Shown one piece after another: positions 13,464-26,103 of a stretch of 64,000 bases of DNA (the stretch's first letter is position 1; each line of letters opens with the position of its first letter). Position numbers and translations under genes: made by a program. Below the pieces are notes generated by a model. It saw nothing but the letters and a program-made list of their open reading frames with translations, was not told the DNA's origin and did not search any database. This stretch comes from Camelus dromedarius (lineage: Eukaryota). The stretch lies in assembly GCF_036321535.1 (NCBI RefSeq), contig NC_087437.1:3844001-3908000 (forward strand), in the 5' to 3' direction.

Positions 13464-13868
13464 TGTATTAGTTTGCTGGGGCTGCCATAATGAAGTAGCA
13501 AGGGGCGGGTGTCTTGAACAACAGAAATGTCACTCCCCGCAGTCATGGAGGCTAGCTGTCTGGGATCAAGGTGTCGGCAGGGTTGGTTTCTTTTGAGGCC
13601 TTTCTCTTTGGCTTATAGGTGGCCATCTTCACCCTCTGTCTTCCCATGGCCTTCTCTCTGTACATGTCTGTGTTCAAATTTCCTCTTTTGTAAAGATACC
13701 ATCATGTTGGATTAGGACATACCTTAATGACTTCATTGCAACACAACTCCCATTCTAAAGACCTTATCTCCCAACACAGTCACATTCTGAGGGGCAGGGC
13801 GTTAGGACTTCACTCATGAATCTGGGCAGGACTGGAGGAGGGTGGGGGGCACAATTCAGCCCGTAACA
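13464..13868 (-). mobile_element. MaLR solo LTR (MLT1A/B-like)
   Basis: tgtattagtttgctggggctgccataa...acaattcagcccgtaaca; 5-bp TSD actcg/acttg. Confidence 0.85.
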
Positions 13869-14948
13869 ACTTGGATCTGTTTTCAGATGCTCAGTTTGTC
13901 CATTTCTGTGTCACTATCACAGGTACGAACTTAGAGAGTCCTCAGGAGGTAACCTACTATTTAGAAATAAACTTTTCTTAATAGTCCAGGTGTTACATCC
14001 TTTGTCAAACTTTCCCCAACCTCTTCTTTCTCCTACAAGAAACAGATATCTCTCACTGTATTTTATTTGAACCTTTATTTTAACAATGTTCCCCTTTATA
14101 AAGAGGTGTGCCGACTTTTAGCTTCAAACTAGATCGATAGCTCCCAGGGCTCAAATAATTTAAAATTTAAAATTATTAATTAAACATTCATATTTGACAT
14201 TATTAACAGCATTTCATCAATGACTTAACTATGCCTCCAACACTGTGCTGTGAGTTTTGCTTGCACCATCTCATAAGTACCCTGTGAAGTCGGCATAAGG
14301 CTCAGAGAAGTAAAGTTACTTGCCTGAGGGAACAGAGCATGTAAATGACCTGTTGACAGTCCCACCCCAGTTCCGTTTTGGCTCCACATCGCAAACTCTT
14401 AACCATTACGCAGTACTGCCTTCATTGCTATTTTGTATCCTCTTCCATCTCCAAGCAGAATGCCTGGTGTACCATAGGCTCCTGATATATGTGCTTATAA
14501 AAAGAACCAAGCTGAAAGCACACCCGTCTACTTGGATGCTGTCATCCTTTCTATTTAAAGCCCTCTGACTAGTGAGCTATCCTAGGTCTGGGCTCCTGTG
14601 GTGGAAGTAACAGATACGCGGTCAGGGTCCTCCTCATCCTCCTGACGCATACAGCTTGTTCCTCCAAATAGTGACAGCCCCCTTTTCCTGCCTGTGTGCT
14701 CCTTGTCTCTAGCATAACTCTTGGGCTCAAACCAACCTCCATTACAGCTGTTTACTTAGTGCTACCATTTCTCAGCGCGTCAAGCCAATGCCATAAAAAG
14801 TTCTCACTTAAAGACCAAAAATAAAACAGCTTCTGTGAAAGACAGCCAACAAATGCTCATTCTCCATTATCGCTGGAGAATTTACACACTGGTTTACCTA
14901 TGAGTATGTGAGGAGTGGACAGTGTAACAATGGATGTGATTTGGTGGG

Positions 14949-15495
14949 TGTCTCACTCGGCTTGGGCTGCTGTAACAAAATACCACAGACTGGGTGCAAT
15001 TAAACAACAGAAATTTATCTTCTCACAGATCTGTAGGCTGGAAAGCCCAAAATCAAGGAGACAGCAAATCTGGCTTCTGGTAATCTCTTTCTGGCTTGCA
15101 AACAGCCACTTTCTCACTGTGTCCTCACATGGTCTTTCCATGGTGGGTGCACACAGGTAGAAAGAGAAATTGAGAGCACTCAGGTGTCTCTTTTTAAAAG
15201 GACACTGATCCTGGGGGAGGGTAGAGCGTGTGCCCCTCATGCTATGAGGTCCTGGGTTCAATCCCCACTATACCTCCCTCAAAAAGTATAAATAAATACA
15301 TAAACCTAATCACCTCCCCCCATCAAAAATATACCTAAAAAATTTTTTTTTTTAAAAAAGAACACATCCTACTGGATTTAGGCATCACCCTAATGACCTC
15401 ATCAAAACTTAATTACTTCCTTCGGGACTCCATCTTGAGGTTAGGCCTTCAACATATAAATTTGGGGGATGGGGGATATAAGCATTCAGCTCATT
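14949..15495 (-). mobile_element. MaLR solo LTR (MLT1A-like) containing a SINE
   Basis: gggctgctgtaacaaaataccacagactgggt; TSD gtggg/atggg. Confidence 0.8.
15213..15352 (+). mobile_element. tRNA-derived SINE, same family
   Basis: gaggtcctgggttcaatcccc; TSD aaaag(g/a)acac(tg)atcct. Confidence 0.85.
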
Positions 15496-16593
15496 ATGGG
15501 TCACGTTGCCTCAGGATGGAAACAGGGAGGAGGCCCTGGAAGATCATAGCACATTGCTGGGCTCAGGAAGTATGACTAGAGTAGTATCTGTTTATGCCTA
15601 AATTGTTTCATCTTTCCTGTATGCGAGCATCCACATTTCTAGAAAGTTCTAAACAACCCTGCCTACTCAGAATTTATTTATAAGTGTTTGAGTTTCCTGG
15701 GTGATGATGTCTGTATTATTTAATGGTATAAAAAAAAGTAAAAGTAATCAAAATGAATAGTCTCCATTACTCTCCATCTTCAGCATTAAAATATAATTCT
15801 CATCCTAGTTGAGATTGCTTTCCTTAAAAATGCTTTATTTAAAATTGTTTTTTGAGTTACTTTTGCTTTATTTAAAATAGTTTTTCTGAGTTATTTCCTT
15901 GAACTATCCCAAACAACCCTTCTTTCCTTAATATTAGTTTTCAGACACTTACATCTAACTGTATCTCCCCAGAGGCCCTTGTTTACAGTTATACAATTTT
16001 CATTGCTACAGAATTCCTTTTTCTGTTGCTCTGAGGTCCTGTCCAAGTCTGACACCCTACGACTCTGAGATGCCTCGTGATGAAAGCAGTGTTTTAAAGT
16101 CTAGGCTTGTCAAGCTCAAGAAGAATGTAAGGTTGAAGCAGTGAACAGAGCAACAGAAGTGCTGTTACTGCTCCTGTCCTGCTGAATTGGAAAAGGAGCT
16201 CAGAATGACTGCACCGTTGAGTCCCCTTCCTTCATGTAGCTGTAAATTCATAAACACGTTGTTTTTCAAGAGCGTGTTAAGGTTTTCTGCTTCCCAAGGA
16301 TTTCTCCCCAAGTGTTTTCGATGGCGTCCCACCATGCATATCTTATCATGTAAAAACGGACTCCCTGCCGCCCTAACAGCAGGTGCCCAACTCCATCTGC
16401 ATTGTTCTTTACACTTTTATCCTTATTAGGAGCTTACCGCCTTTGTTTTCCAGAAGAGGCAGACTTGTAACAGGTGCCTTCACTTGGCAGCTTAACATCC
16501 CCCAGCTGCTAAGTTCCCGGCAGTCCGTGCTGGGTTTCTTGCTATGGGTGGAGGCAGAGGTGATGGCGGGACTACCACTTGAAATTTAATATG

Positions 16594-17044
16594 TGTTAAT
16601 GAAGGCAAGCTCGTGTGCCCGCCGCACCATGAGGCCTAGCAAACTGAAACATCAAAGTTTGGAGCAGAGAAAGGTTTATTGCAGGGCCGAGCAAGGAGGA
16701 CAGGGTAGCTAGTGCCCAAGAAAACCCTGAGCTCCCCAAAGGGTTTCAGCAAAGGATATTTAAAGGCCAGGTAAGGGAGGGGGGTCGCAGGTATGTGATC
16801 AGCTCATGCACAATTCTCTAGTTGATGGCAATCAATCCTTAGGTGCCAGAAGGTCTGGGAGCCACACATTCTCAATTATCAGGTAGTTAATTTCTTCCCT
16901 TTGGTGGTGGCTCTGAAGCATCTGACAAACTCAGGAAACAGATATGAGATGCTATTATCTGGGTCCTTCAGAGAGGAGCCGCAGCAGAGGACATGGGGGA
17001 GGGGTCTGACCCTGGAAGGCCCCCCAGGGTCCTGCTCAGTTACG
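16594..17044 (-). mobile_element. ERV1-type solo LTR
   Basis: Perfect TSD tatg; reverse AATAAA at 16675-16680; reverse-complement similarity to 59290-59423. Confidence 0.85.
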
Positions 17045-18284
17045 TATGCATCAGACTGGCTGTAACATCCAAATGAAGAATTTCATTTTGCTCATTTTGA
17101 ACATGTAAGGGCTAAAGAACACATTTTTAAAATGCTCCCCGGACAACGGGTTTTCGGCGCTGTCCTAGCTTAGGTGCTCTCTCCCTCTCCATCCTCCTTG
17201 TCGCCAGAAGAGCAGGAGTCACTATGACCCAAGCCATGTTTGGCCCTCTTTTCTGAGAGCACACCCTCCTCCATAAGACCCCCAGGCAAAATCTGACACA
17301 ATCACTCCTTGGGACCACAATTCCTGGCCAGAGTCACAAGAAGAGAGCGGTAAGACACCTGCTTCTGCCCAGGCAGAGTGGGCTATTTACTAAGTAATTG
17401 TCCCTCAGCTCCCAAGACATCATTCTATACCCTTCTTAGTGATGCTGGGATTCCACAAACCACGGGATCCCATTGCCAGCTACCCCCGCCTTGGGCTCTG
17501 CCAGCAGAGGGCAACTGAGTCTGAAGGAATAAGAAGGGACTTGCTCCTTCCCGGTTCCATTTTGCTTTCCGCATGGCGATACCCCTTCCCGCCAGGCTGC
17601 ACTTCAGCGGGAGCATTTATTTCCACAGCACGGGTGGAAGCGAGCTCTCAGTTTTCTCAGAATCAGTCTTGCGGCCCCTCTCAGAGGTCTGAGTCCCAGC
17701 CCCCAGGACCCTCCTCAGCCCAGAGACAAGAGCATCAGCTGCCTGTGAGCCCCTCCCAGGTCTGGGTCCCAACCTCTCTCCCCATGGGCACTAGAAAAGT
17801 TTGTGGAGAGACCTTCTGTATTCGCACGCCTGGGTTGGAATTCAGGCCATTTTCTTTGAATATTAAAGGTAAGGGGCTGGAGGACTTGGGGACGTGCTTC
17901 TGATTAAGTGTTAATGACTCACAAAACTGTGTCTGTCTCTGCCAGACACCTGTCCCAGGTCTCGGTGGAGAGCCTATATGCACCTCAGGCTCAGAACGTC
18001 TAAAATGAAATCACAGTCCTCCCCTTTAACTCAGTGACTGTTGGCTCCATGGACCAGTTTCTAGCAAGAACTGTTTTTTACCTTCACAGTCTCCAGGTCC
18101 TGTCAGTTTTAGTTCCTAAATGTCTCCTACTTCCATCCCTACTTCACAACCCATGTTCAGGTCCCCTGACCTCAGTGGGTTACTGGAAAACCCTCCCAAT
18201 TTGTCTCTTTGCCTCCAACTATTTCCCTTCTAATTTTTCTTGCATGTGTATAGCTTTTAAAAGATCTAAAATGAAAATAGGAAC

Positions 18285-18918
18285 ATCATTTGCAGGACAC
18301 ACTCCCAGACTGATGACAGGTAAAGGATACAGATGGAAATCAGCAGAGGGAAAACGTGCACAGGGCTGCGTCCAGACGAAACCAGGAGTAAGCGTCTGGC
18401 TTGCCCTGTCCCGGTGGGGTCTCACGGATAGCGCTTACCTTCCCAGCCAGTAAGTGTGACAACGTGTGCAAAATGTTGCCAATCAGGGAAGCTCATCCAA
18501 GCCTTTGTTGGGTGGGGTGGGGGGAGGTTAGTTTTTGTTTTTCTGGAGGCCAGTCACTGGAGGGGCAGGGGGGAGTTTTTGGTTTTTTGGAGGCCAGTCA
18601 CTGTAGGCATGCAGTGTCCACACCAGTGACTTTAGCTACTCAGTCCCCACCACCCACCCCTCCCCCATAGGTCAAACTGATAACGTCATGACCTAGAGGC
18701 TCAGTGTACAACAGGCATTCACATTAGTCACATTATTAGCTTGAACTAACCGGCATAGCCCAGGGCATCAGGCATACAAAGACACTCTTTTCAAGCGGGA
18801 TATTCCCAGGGCTCAGAGATCTTCTTCCAGGGCCCAAGCCAAGGGCTAGTCTTGAAGACTTTGGGAATGTGCAGTGTTTCAGTGGTCCAGGCTTGCAGAG
18901 TCAACCCCTTCTGCACGG
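18285..18918. mobile_element. MER21-like LTR
   Basis: aaaggatacagatggaaatcagcagagggaaaa...aatcagggaagctcatccaagcc...gagtcaaccccttctgcac resembles MER21. Confidence 0.65.
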
Positions 18919-19051
18919 TATTATACCATTGTTGATGGGCATTTAGGCGCTTTCCATTTTTAATCAATTTGAATCACGCTGCTATGAACATTCTTGCATG
19001 TGTTTTTGGTGAAGATTTGAGTGCATTACTACTGGGTGGTTACTTAGGAGT

Positions 19052-19574
19052 GGGCAATATCTATGAAAACAATCAACAGACAATCAATAATAAGAATAGA
19101 AAAGAGTTTTATTTGAGCCAAACTGAGGACTAGCCTGGAAGCCCACTCCCCAGATGACTCGGAAAAAAATGCTCCGGAGAAGCAGGGTTTTCAGTGCAGT
19201 TTTATATCTTGTCAGAACAAAGAGCATTAAACAAATCATAGATACATTTCTTCAACATTTCAAAAAAAAAAAAAAATTAACAGACCATCAGGTACACGGT
19301 GAGTCACGGTGGCCTTGGCATCTGGGAAGGGAGTCTTATCATCAAAGGAGGACCAGCATTGGTGTCCTGGAAAGAGAGGCATTTAATCTTTATTTTTAAC
19401 ATGGACATTCTTTACTTCTGGTCCATGTGCCATTGTCTTTAATAATTAAAGCAGATGTACAGTGTATGTTGGATAGGCCACAAACGGCTCTTTTATTTAG
19501 CATAAAATTCAAGTTAACTCATGTATAAACCAGAATGACTTCCCATACCTCAGAAGGTGAACATCTCTTTTATC
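19052..19574 (-). mobile_element. Solo LTR inserted in an old L1M fragment (host ~18920-19830)
   Basis: ttttatttgagccaaactgaggactagcctgg is shared with the 39409 LTR. It ends in ttttatca, where host L1 sequence (gatgggtcatagg) resumes. Confidence 0.65.
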
Positions 19575-20311
19575 AAAATGATGGGTCATAGGATATGTAT
19601 TCAGCTTTCTCAGACACTGCCAAGTCATCTTCCAAAGTGACTATGCAAATTTACGCCTACCATCAATGTACACAAGTTTTTGATGTCCTTTCTTAAAAAC
19701 AGTTTTATTGAGGTACAACTGACATACAATAAAATGCATTCTACAGTGTACAATTTGATCAATTTTGACACATGTATATGCCTGTAATACCACCACCAAA
19801 AGCAAGATAGTAAAACTGTTATTCACCCCTTAGACTTTTCCTTGCGTTCCCAACATTCTCTTAATGAGTTTGTTTTCTGTTTCAATTAGCCAGAGCCAGT
19901 TTCCGTTGTTGACAAGTGAGACTTCCTGGTTGATATAATCCCATCTTACATTTTTCTTGCATTTTTGTCCAGCTGGGCCTTCTGCATTTCTTTTCATTCC
20001 AACAGATTCTTGCTGAGTATCTACAATGTATGCCAGGAATTTGGACTCTGATCTTTGCCTCTGTAAGTCAATTTGGCTGGACTCCAGGCCCTCTGATGGC
20101 AGCTTTGTCCTCAGAATTTCTGGTAATTCCACACTGCCTTTTATCCCCTCTTTGCTGCACACTCTTTCTCTTGAACCCTCATTGTTCCAGTCCTTGTCCT
20201 TCCTGGTTGGCCCAGAACCAAGCTCCCTCGGGTCCATCTCCAACGGAGGATTTCCCAGATGTTGAGGGAAAGGGCCTCTCCCTCAGCTCTTCATTAAGAT
20301 GCATAGTCCTG

Positions 20312-20720
20312 TGTTGTGGGGTGAATTGTGTCCCCTCAAAAATGATGTGCTGGAGTCCTAACCTCCGGTTCCTTGGAACGTGACTGTATTTGGAGACAGG
20401 GCCTTTCATAGAAGTAATCCAGTTAAAATGGGATCATTAAGAGCCGGCTCTGATCCAATACAATGAGTGGCCTTATAGGCGGGGAAATTTGGAAGCAAAG
20501 TCCCACATGGAAGGTTGATGATGCAGAGAGACACGGGAGAAGATGGCCAGACCTCAGCCGGGGGAGTCCTGGAGCAGACCGCTCTCACAGCCCTCGGGAG
20601 GAATCACTGCTGACACCATGACTCTGCACATCGGCCCCCAGAACTGCCAGACAGTGAGTTTCTGGTTCAGCCACTCCATTTGTGCTAGTCCATTGAGGTA
20701 GCCCCAGCAAACTGGCCACA
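20312..20720 (+). mobile_element. MaLR solo LTR (MLT1B/C-like)
   Basis: tgttgtggggtgaattgtgtcccctcaaaa...gtgactgtatttggagacagggccttt. Confidence 0.8.
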
Positions 20721-21674
20721 AGGGAGGACGACTCAGCTTTCCCCCAATGGTTCCCAGATCTTGTGTGTACAGCAGAGGCTCTGAGCAGAGTGCCTGCCCT
20801 TTTGGAAACACTATTTGCTGTAAAAATTGAGTCGGGAGAGAAGAACTTGGGAAGAATAAACTAACTCAAGATTATCTGGCCATTCGTGAGAACTTGACCA
20901 TGGCCTGGGTAAGTCATGAAGGTCCATGCTCCATTTCTTTCTGTTCTCTCGAGTTGGTAAGCATGGTTCGTTTTCCAGCAGCCATCTGTGGGGACACAGG
21001 GACTCCTGCACTGAGTGGCTATTCAGATCTGCTCCACTGTTGGAGGCGGGGAACTGGGAATGTTATCTCCCAGGTCCTATTCGTGGGAACTTTCCCCAAA
21101 CTGGAAGATTAATAAAATGTTGATAGAGGCAGATACAGCCTGTCTTGAAAACTCCCTGAAATATCCTTATCACCTTTAATCGGTGATCAGCCCAGGTTGC
21201 CTTCGAAGAACTGACTTCAAGCTGAGTCCTTGTGAGGACTGGATTTTGCTTTATTTGTAAAATGTGAAGTTTCAGAACTCCTGTTGGCCTTGACGTTCAA
21301 ACTTTGGATTAAAGAGGAAAAAGCAGGGAGAAAGAGAATGACATAAAGTACATTGGAAATGTTAAATGGATTCAGAGCAGAGGACTGACTGCCCTTCCAG
21401 GTGGACCTGGTAATAAAGAATATAATCAATGTGTCCCATGAGGAACTTCTTCTCCATTTCAAGTCCCTCCTTTGGCTATTTTCACCCTTTGATCTCCACC
21501 CCTGTTTTTAGTCTTTAGGTCTAGATTTGAATGTATTTCAGCAAAGCTGCATAAGTGATCACTTGTTTGAGCCTCAGGGGTCAGATTCTGAATGCTGCCT
21601 GAAAGTAGGTATGGTTATACCCTCAGAAACTTGTTCTGGTGACATGAGCAATTGCCTGGGCTTGCTAGGCACAT

Positions 21675-22283
21675 ATATCCTGAGAAAACTCTAAAAGATA
21701 CATACCCTCCATTTTTCACAGCAGCACTATTTAGAAGTCAAGACATGGAAACAACCTAAATGTCCATAGACAGATGACTGGATAGAGAAGATGCAGTATG
21801 TTTATTCAATGGAATACTACTCAGCCATAAAAAAGAATGAAATAATGCCATTTGCAGCAACATGGATGGACCTAGAGATTATCATATTAAGTGAAGTAAG
21901 TCAAAGACAAATATCATATGATATCACTTATATGTGGAATCTAAAAAAATGATACAAATGAACTTATTTACAAAACAGACACACAGACATAGAAAACAAA
22001 TTTATGGTTACCAACAGGGAAGGGGGAGAGGGATAAATTAGGAGTCTAGGATTAGCAGATACACATGAATATATATAAAATGGATAAACAACAAGGTCCT
22101 ACTATATAGCAAAGGGAATTATATCCCGTGAAACCTGTAATGAAAAAGAGTAAGAAAAGAAATGTATATATCTACATACATATAACTGAATCACTATGCT
22201 GCACACCAGAAACTAACACAACGTTGTAAATCAACTACCCTTCAATAAAAAAAACAAAAACAAAAACAAAAACCAAACAAAAC
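21675..22283 (+). mobile_element. L1 3' end (older subfamily), 5'-truncated
   Basis: aagacatggaaacaacctaaatgtcca...atgccatttgcagcaacatggatggacctagag, L1 3' UTR, AATAAA and A-rich tail at 22245-22283. Confidence 0.9.
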
Positions 22284-22369
22284 ACCTAGAGCTCCTCTGC
22301 ATCTCTGGCTCAGTTCCCCTTTGTTTCCACAGTCTAGTGCTGTTGCCCTGTCCACAGAGGTTGGTTTTT

Positions 22370-22975
22370 TCTTTCCTTTTTTAAAATTGAGAGAAAATTC
22401 ATGTAACGTAAAGCTCACTATTTTAATGTTTTAAAAGTATACGTTTCAGTGGTTTTCAGCGTGTTCACAGCATCTTGCAGCCGTCAGCACTAATTCAGAA
22501 CATTTCCATCACTGGGAAAGAGACCTCACACCCACCGTCTGTCACCTCCTGATGCCCCACCCCTCCAGGCCTTGGCAACCAGCAGTCTACTTTATATCTC
22601 TGTGGATTTGCCTATTCTGGATATTTTGTGTAGATGGAATCATACAGTACAGGGACATATGCCTGGCTTCTTCCACTTAGCGTGTTTTTGAGGTTCATCC
22701 ATGTTGTTCCGTGCATCGGTATTCCATTCCTTCATATGGTTATTATTCCATCGTATGGACAGGCCACGTTTTATTTATTCATTCATCAGTTGATGGACAT
22801 TTGGGTTATTTCCATTTTTTGGCTTTCCTGAGTAAGAGTGCTCTGAATATTCATGGACCAGTTTTTGTTTGGATATATGTTTTCAGTGTACTTGGATACA
22901 TACCCAAGAGTAGAATTGTTGGGTCACATGCTAACTCTATGTGTAATTTGTTAAGGAACTGCCAAATGTTTCCTG
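22370..22975 (-). mobile_element. Old L1MB-like 3' fragment
   Basis: ggcaaccagcagtctactttatatctctgtggatttgcctattctggatatt and gttgatggacatttgggttatttcca are typical antisense L1MB sequence. Confidence 0.8.
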
Positions 22976-23539
22976 GAGTTTGTTTTCTTTGTTTTTCCAA
23001 GAGGAGCATGTTAAGATTGATCTCAGGCACACTTCTGTTGAGGGCCAGCTGAACTGTCAGAAATGCCCACCATAAACTTGAAGATGCAAGAATGATGCCC
23101 AGGTGAGATGCCAAAGTTGGCTATTTCAATTTGGGCATCACCCAAATGCAGTGATTGTTAAAGGTACGGGGAGATGAGGTCTCTGAGGGTGGTAACAGGT
23201 GGAGAGAGGGGGATACAAGAGGCCTTTTGTCGGCTGAACACTGTCTAGGACTGTGCCTTAGGTGTGTTGTCAATTTAATCACCACAGAACAAGTGGTTGC
23301 TTCAATTAGTCCCATTTTGTAGATGGGGCAACTGAGGCTCCCTGAGGTTAAGCATATGGACTAGTTTGCATAGCTTGTATGTAGCAGAGCCAGGACTTAA
23401 ACGCTTGTAAAGACCATAGATACAACCTGAAAAAAATGTAAGGGATTAGAGATAGATTTAAAAGCAGAGGGTACCGTTAAGTGCAACAGGATGGGGTCGG
23501 CGGCATGGGGTTCCAGAATAAAAGAGAGATTTCTAAAAC

Positions 23540-24407
23540 AATATTTATTTATCTATTTATTTATTTTTATTGAAGTATAGTTGATTTACAATTTTGTGTT
23601 AATTACTGGTATACAGCATAGTTATTCATTTACGCATATATATGTATATATTCCTTTTCATATTCTTTTTCATTATAGGCTATGGCAAGGTATTGAATAT
23701 AGTTTCCAGTGCTGTACAGTAGGACCTTGTTGTTTATCTATTTTATATATAGTAATTAATATCTATAAATCTTGAACTCCCAATTTATCACTCACCAACC
23801 CCCTTCCCCATCTGGTAACTATAAGTTTGTTTTCTGTCTGTGAGTCTGTTTCTTTTTGTTAATAAGTTCATTTGTGTCCTTTTTTTTTTTTTTTGGATTC
23901 CACATATAAATGATATCATATGGTATTTTTCTCTCTCTTTCTGGCTTACTTCACTTAGTATGACAATCTCCAGGTCCATACATGTTGCTGTAAATGGCAC
24001 TATTTTATTCTATTTTATGGCTGAGTAGTATTCCATTGTATAAGTATACCACAGCTTCTTTATCCAGTCATCTGTTGATGGACGTTTAGGTTGCTTCCAT
24101 GTCTTGGCTACTGTAAATAGTGCTGCTGAGAACATTGGGGTGCATGTGTCTTTTCGAATTAGAGCTTCCTCCAGATATATGCCCAGGAGTGGGATTGCTG
24201 GATCATAGGGTAAGTCTGTTTTTAGGGTTTTGAGGAACCTGCATACTGTTTTCCATAGTGGCTACACCAGACTACATTTCCACCAACAGTATGTGAGGGT
24301 TCCCTTTTTTCCACATCCTCTCCAGCATTTATTGTTTGTGGACTTTTTAAAGACGGCCATCCTGACTGGTGTTAGGTGATACCTCATTGTGGTTTTGATT
24401 TACATTT
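23540..24407 (-). mobile_element. L1 3' end, 5'-truncated
   Basis: Antisense ORF2 C-terminus ([22 protein letters not shown]) plus 3' UTR and T-rich tail. TSD aagagagattt at 23522-23532 and 24408-24418. Confidence 0.92.
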
Positions 24408-25549
24408 AAGAGAGATTTTTTAAATTTGTTGTTTTAGGAAAAGGTTGTCCACTGTGCCAACTGTTACAAAGGGGTCAATTAAATGCAAAACATATGTGTG
24501 TAATAGTATCTCATTATCACACTTCTGACCCACTGTATCCCTCGGGATGGTCCCGGCTCAGATTTTAGCAAATACGTCGTGGGCTGTGTGCTGCTGCCCT
24601 GCATGCATTTCTGCCTGCAGAACACAGGACACCAATGAATCTCTGTTATAGACAGTAAGTGCATTTCAGAAGGAGTAAGGAAACCTATTATTCATAGAGA
24701 AAGCAGTGTCACCAAAACTGGAATTTCAGAGCAAAATGAGGTTTTTCTCACATTAAGCCATAAAGTAAATTTGAGTGTATAAGACTAAATGACTCAGCAC
24801 TAGAAGGAAAACAATTATATTGCAGTGTTGAAATAAAACCATATTTTATGGGTAATGAGGCAGTACACTCACCCTTCCTCGGTATTTTATATCTTCTGCT
24901 TTTTTCTCCCTCCTCAGATGGTGATGAGTGGACCTGAGATTAAAGTGCCATTATTTCTGAGCACTGAAGCACAGCCACACCATGGCAACATCCAGAAATC
25001 GCGGGCAGTCTCAGCCAGCAATCCCTTTTATTAGCCATCTCGATATTGTTGGGGCTACAGTCTTTCCCGACTTCCGACTGTTGGTTTACTTGACACTTGA
25101 GAATATTTTCAAGGATAAAACAAGGTTGGAGCCGGGTCCATAGAAAGCCAGTCATGGAGCTCTTACACGGAAAATTTCCACGAAAAGATCAGAGCAAATG
25201 TTCTGTGAAGAAAATTAAGGTAAAAATAAAATGAAGTTAATGCCACAATAAGTCTACGTTACTCACAAGCCAATGGATGAATGTATCCTAGTTAGTTGTC
25301 TGATTGTTTTGCTTTCTGCTCCAATAAAAACAGTTTCACTTTTATAGAAAGGATCCTGCTAATTGTGCACTTTCAAGAGTGGAGAAGAAGGAAGTCCCTT
25401 TAGTCCTTCTCCCAGATGACCTGGCATCTCCTGAGTTGCCCCCACCCCCTCGCCACCCCGAGAATGGCTTGATTGCTGATGCTACCGTATTTGCAGGTAT
25501 TGATGCCTAAGAAGGTGGATCCTTTCCCAGAGAAATGAAGTATTTACTG

Positions 25550-26103
25550 TGCACACAGTGACCCTCCACAATTTAGGTCTCCTTGTGTAATCCTCTCCCC
25601 TTGAGTGAAAATGAGTGATTTGCTTGTAACTAAAAGAATATGGTGAAGGTAGTAAGATGTCACTCTCATGATCACTACTTATGTTATATAAGCCTCTGTC
25701 TTGTGAGCAGACTCGCTCTGCAGACTCTCCTTGCTTAGCTTTACAAAGTAAATGACCATGTTGGAAAACCCACATGACAAAGATCTGCAGGTGACATCTA
25801 GGAGTTGAGGGTGTCTTCCAGTCAGTAGCCAGCAAGACACCAGAGCCATCTGCCTTCACCACCACAAGTAAGTGAATTCTGCCAACATCTGATTGGAAGT
25901 CGATTCTTCCCTGGTTGAGCCTCCAGATGAGATCACAGCCTCACCCAGCACCTTGAGTGCAGCCTTGTGGGATTCAGAGCCGAGGACCTAGTTAAGCTGT
26001 GCCTGGACTCCTGACCCATGGAAATCGTGGAATAAGAAACATACTTTGTTTTAAGTCACTGAGTTTGTGGCAATTTGTTATGCAACAACAGAAAACTAAT
26101 ACA
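25550..26103 (+). mobile_element. MaLR LTR (MLT1E/F-like)
   Basis: tgtaatcctctccccttgagtg...ttgagcctccagatgag...ggcaatttgttatgcaacaacagaaaactaataca. Confidence 0.8.

Noticed and set aside
26072..26088. Sox-Oct composite motif (tttgttatgcaac)
   Set aside because: This is the ordinary 3' terminal sequence of MLT1 LTRs.
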